A stretch of 54,715 bases of DNA, filler included, from Basidiobolus ranarum (lineage: Eukaryota), in assembly GCA_040143965.1 (NCBI GenBank). It is 4 parts of 4 records of this genome, joined end to end, with 100 filler letters (N's around TTAATTAATTAA, not from the genome) between each part and the next. Parts side by side here need not be neighbours in the genome. Positions count along the whole stretch, not along the records: positions 41,137 to 54,715 come from JASJQH010007351.1; 3 more parts are not named here. One strand, 5' to 3'. Both the position numbers and the translations under genes were made by a program. The notes beneath the pieces were generated by a model, which was not told the origin of the DNA, searched no databases, and saw only the letters and a list, made by a program, of their open reading frames with translations. Positions 52,196 to 54,715 of this stretch are shown here, one piece after another. Positions within the stretch are counted from its first letter, which is position 1. Each line of letters starts with the position of its first letter.

Positions 52196-53074
52196 TCAGA
52201 ATACACCCCCATAGGATCCCATAAATGTACCCATACCCATAACCGTAACCATAATCATTACAATGTTGGGGATATTCTTTACGTTACCACTGGATGTAGC
52301 GAGTGGAGTGGGAGTCTGGTAGGGATTGGAGGTAGTCAATGAAGGTATATGGCTAGATGTGATTGGGGTGACAACGGTAGTAGAACTAACATTACTAGAT
52401 ACAGTCTCGGTACTGGAAGAAGGTTCTACTGTAGAGGATACTAGGACACTGGAGGAGATTATGGATGTGGGAGTTTCAGACGTCCCAACAATAGCACCAA
52501 CCGAGGATGTAGCGGGGGAAGATTTAGAATCACTAGTGGGGATACTCTGGGAGGTACTGGTATTGGTACTCTTTTGTGAAGTAACAGGTGATATAGACGT
52601 AGTAGCATTGTTGGATGCAGTTGGTGCAACGGGAGGAATAATAGGATCAGCTCCGATAATGTCAAAATATGGACTGTATGTACCATCTCCACCACCTGCT
52701 CTAAGAACATATTTCCCAGGATTAATATCATTAGGAATGGTCCACTGATAAACACCAGAGGCTGAGTTTACATTGGATGCAACATTAGCAATGAGTTGAA
52801 GAGCACTGGATTGACCACTCAAGAGAGACAAATCAAAGGTTGCAGGCATTGGTTTACCATCCCCATTATCCATCCTTCAAATCAAGGTAAAAATGTTATA
52901 AATGCGTATGGAATAGAAAAGACAATTGGGAAGGGATATTTACCAAGTGATGAGATTTTGGGATCCAACTTTCCATTCAACACCCAGAGGAGATGTGAAA
53001 GCAAGAGTAGCGTCAACAACAGCATGTCCGAGAAGAGCGACAATGATCAGCAAGTGAGTCGTAAGTCGAAGCAT
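52196..53074 (-). CDS. Ser/Thr-rich secreted GPI-type cell-surface protein, paralogue of 50554..51530, 2 exons
   Basis: MLRLTTHLLIIVALLGHAVVDATLAFTSPLGVEWKVGSQNLITW|MDNGDGK...; intron 52875-52943 sits in the same Trp codon as in the paralogue; hydrophobic C-terminus. Confidence 0.88.
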
Positions 53075-54715
53075 GATTTAAAGATGTGAGGTATAAGTAA
53101 ATTCAAACTTGAAGATTTGCGCTGATGGAGAAAAAGTGACAGGATTTTATACTACCACTGCTGCAAGCTGTCTCAGTTGGTATATTTATTCATTCTAGAA
53201 ATATAGTCAAGTCCTTTGAATGTCTTGATGTCATAAGGCACACTTTTGCCGGAGCTGAAAATGTAGTGCGACAATGTAATTTGTTGGAGGAATCTGAACA
53301 TCCTCTCACTTGTCCAATCAATCGTTGCAAAATGATATTTATTGGAAGTAGATTCACTCCAAAAATAAGCATATCCGATTCTTGGGTTATTTCAAGAAGC
53401 AAAGATTAAATATATCCCTCTGCACGTGATTCCAAATCCAATAGAAAGTGAGCAGTTTGTCTGGCGTGAAACTCCTGGAGAATTAGGTTCTCGATGTTTG
53501 TATCCGTCTCGTTGCTAGGTGAGGTATGTTCATGCCAGATGGATGGAATCCTTTTGTTTGAAATGTTGAGTGCTTTATTTAGGACCCAGCAATATTTTTA
53601 GATCGCTTTGGTATTCACCCACGCTGAGGCATACCGTCACAAGACACTATTATTCTCAATTGGGTAGAAACCACAGGCTATTAGAGATTGCTGATCCGCA
53701 AGAGGTAATATAACGTGGAATTAACAACATACTAGCAACAGAGTATGCCTCTCTAGACACACGTTCAGTAGAATGACTGCTGTAGAATTGAATAATTTGA
53801 ATCACGAGTTCGTCGCTTCATGCTAAAGCTGCAAAGGTTTCAACATGGTCATCAGGCTGCCCTACCACACAAGTAGGGTAATTGTAGGAAAATAAAGATT
53901 CAACGGTATCAACATCCCAGCCCAGCCCAGATAATAGATCAAATTGATGGCACTCTCCAAGATGCTCAAAACTCCGATCTTTATAATGAGGTTCAACCAG
54001 AATCAGTAAATTTCTAAACTGAGTAATCCTTCTTTACCCCAAGTCTGACGCTCTGGAACTGACGATGATTATCACATTGTCACCCATGGCTTTGAGTATC
54101 AAAAAAACTGACTATGCCCACTGGTATGCCTAAGGGTTGAGTACTTTTATTGATCTATTCTTACCAATCTGGTATGTCATTTTACTCGTCATTTGTAAGT
54201 GAACAGTCATCTCATTGAGGAATCTTAGATGGAATACGAACATCAATCTCATTGTAAACAAGTGATATGGAATTTACCATATTTTCAATACAGGCGCAAA
54301 CGAGAAGCTCATCTATTTTGTAGATTTCACCAAGTCGCACAACCGTTTCAAGTTCTGATTAGATACCGTTTGAAATATCAGCCAGTATAATTGATCCCAC
54401 TCAACTTCTCTTGTTGAACACAAGCTCCTACACGGTATATTAGGTGAGTATCACTTAGTATCACACATCATGCGTAATATAATCATAAACTTCAATCAAG
54501 TGTTATGGAGATTAAGTCCAGTAGTAAAAGTGTATATATACTAAGAGTAATTTTGGTGATGGGCCTACCATCAGATTAATCAGGAATACATGATGAGAAT
54601 GATATTAAGAATGGCATTAAAAACGAGGAATAAATACATTATATGAAATGGGGGGGGGCAAGTGAAAGAATACTATAAAAGATCCGATCATTCCTTCATC
54701 TCAACAGGTGACTCA

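Overview
Eukaryotic DNA from an early-diverging fungus. Genes have many short (50-90 nt) GT-AG introns; the gene content would fit Zoopagomycota such as Basidiobolus, which is inference only. The window joins four contigs through artificial 100-nt N-spacers carrying a TTAATTAATTAA linker (13621-13720, 27331-27430, 41037-41136), so gene adjacency across these points is not real. About 24 protein-coding genes can be supported. Contig 1: a Gly-rich protein, an M20 peptidase, a Pcl-type cyclin and PMA1. Contig 2: a GH18 chitinase, a PAS-PAS protein, PP2C, a KIN1 kinase and two hypothetical genes. Contig 3: IML1, RPS27, a SET protein, a cupredoxin-like protein, DPP5, an FlbC-like C2H2 factor, a velvet protein and a glyoxylate reductase. 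Contig 4: two paralogues of an unusual family, a hotdog-fold protein and two Ser/Thr-rich GPI-type paralogues. Two findings stand out. First, a tandem pair of genes whose ~500-aa conserved block matches, motif by motif, the C-terminal region of animal ANKFN1/WIDE AWAKE; the complete copy has a micro-exon-rich 5' part with a possible RA/ubiquitin-like domain. Second, a five-exon SET-domain gene whose spliced product begins with a signal peptide and resembles chlamydial/Legionella-type SET proteins. All family assignments come from motif recognition by eye; no database search was run.
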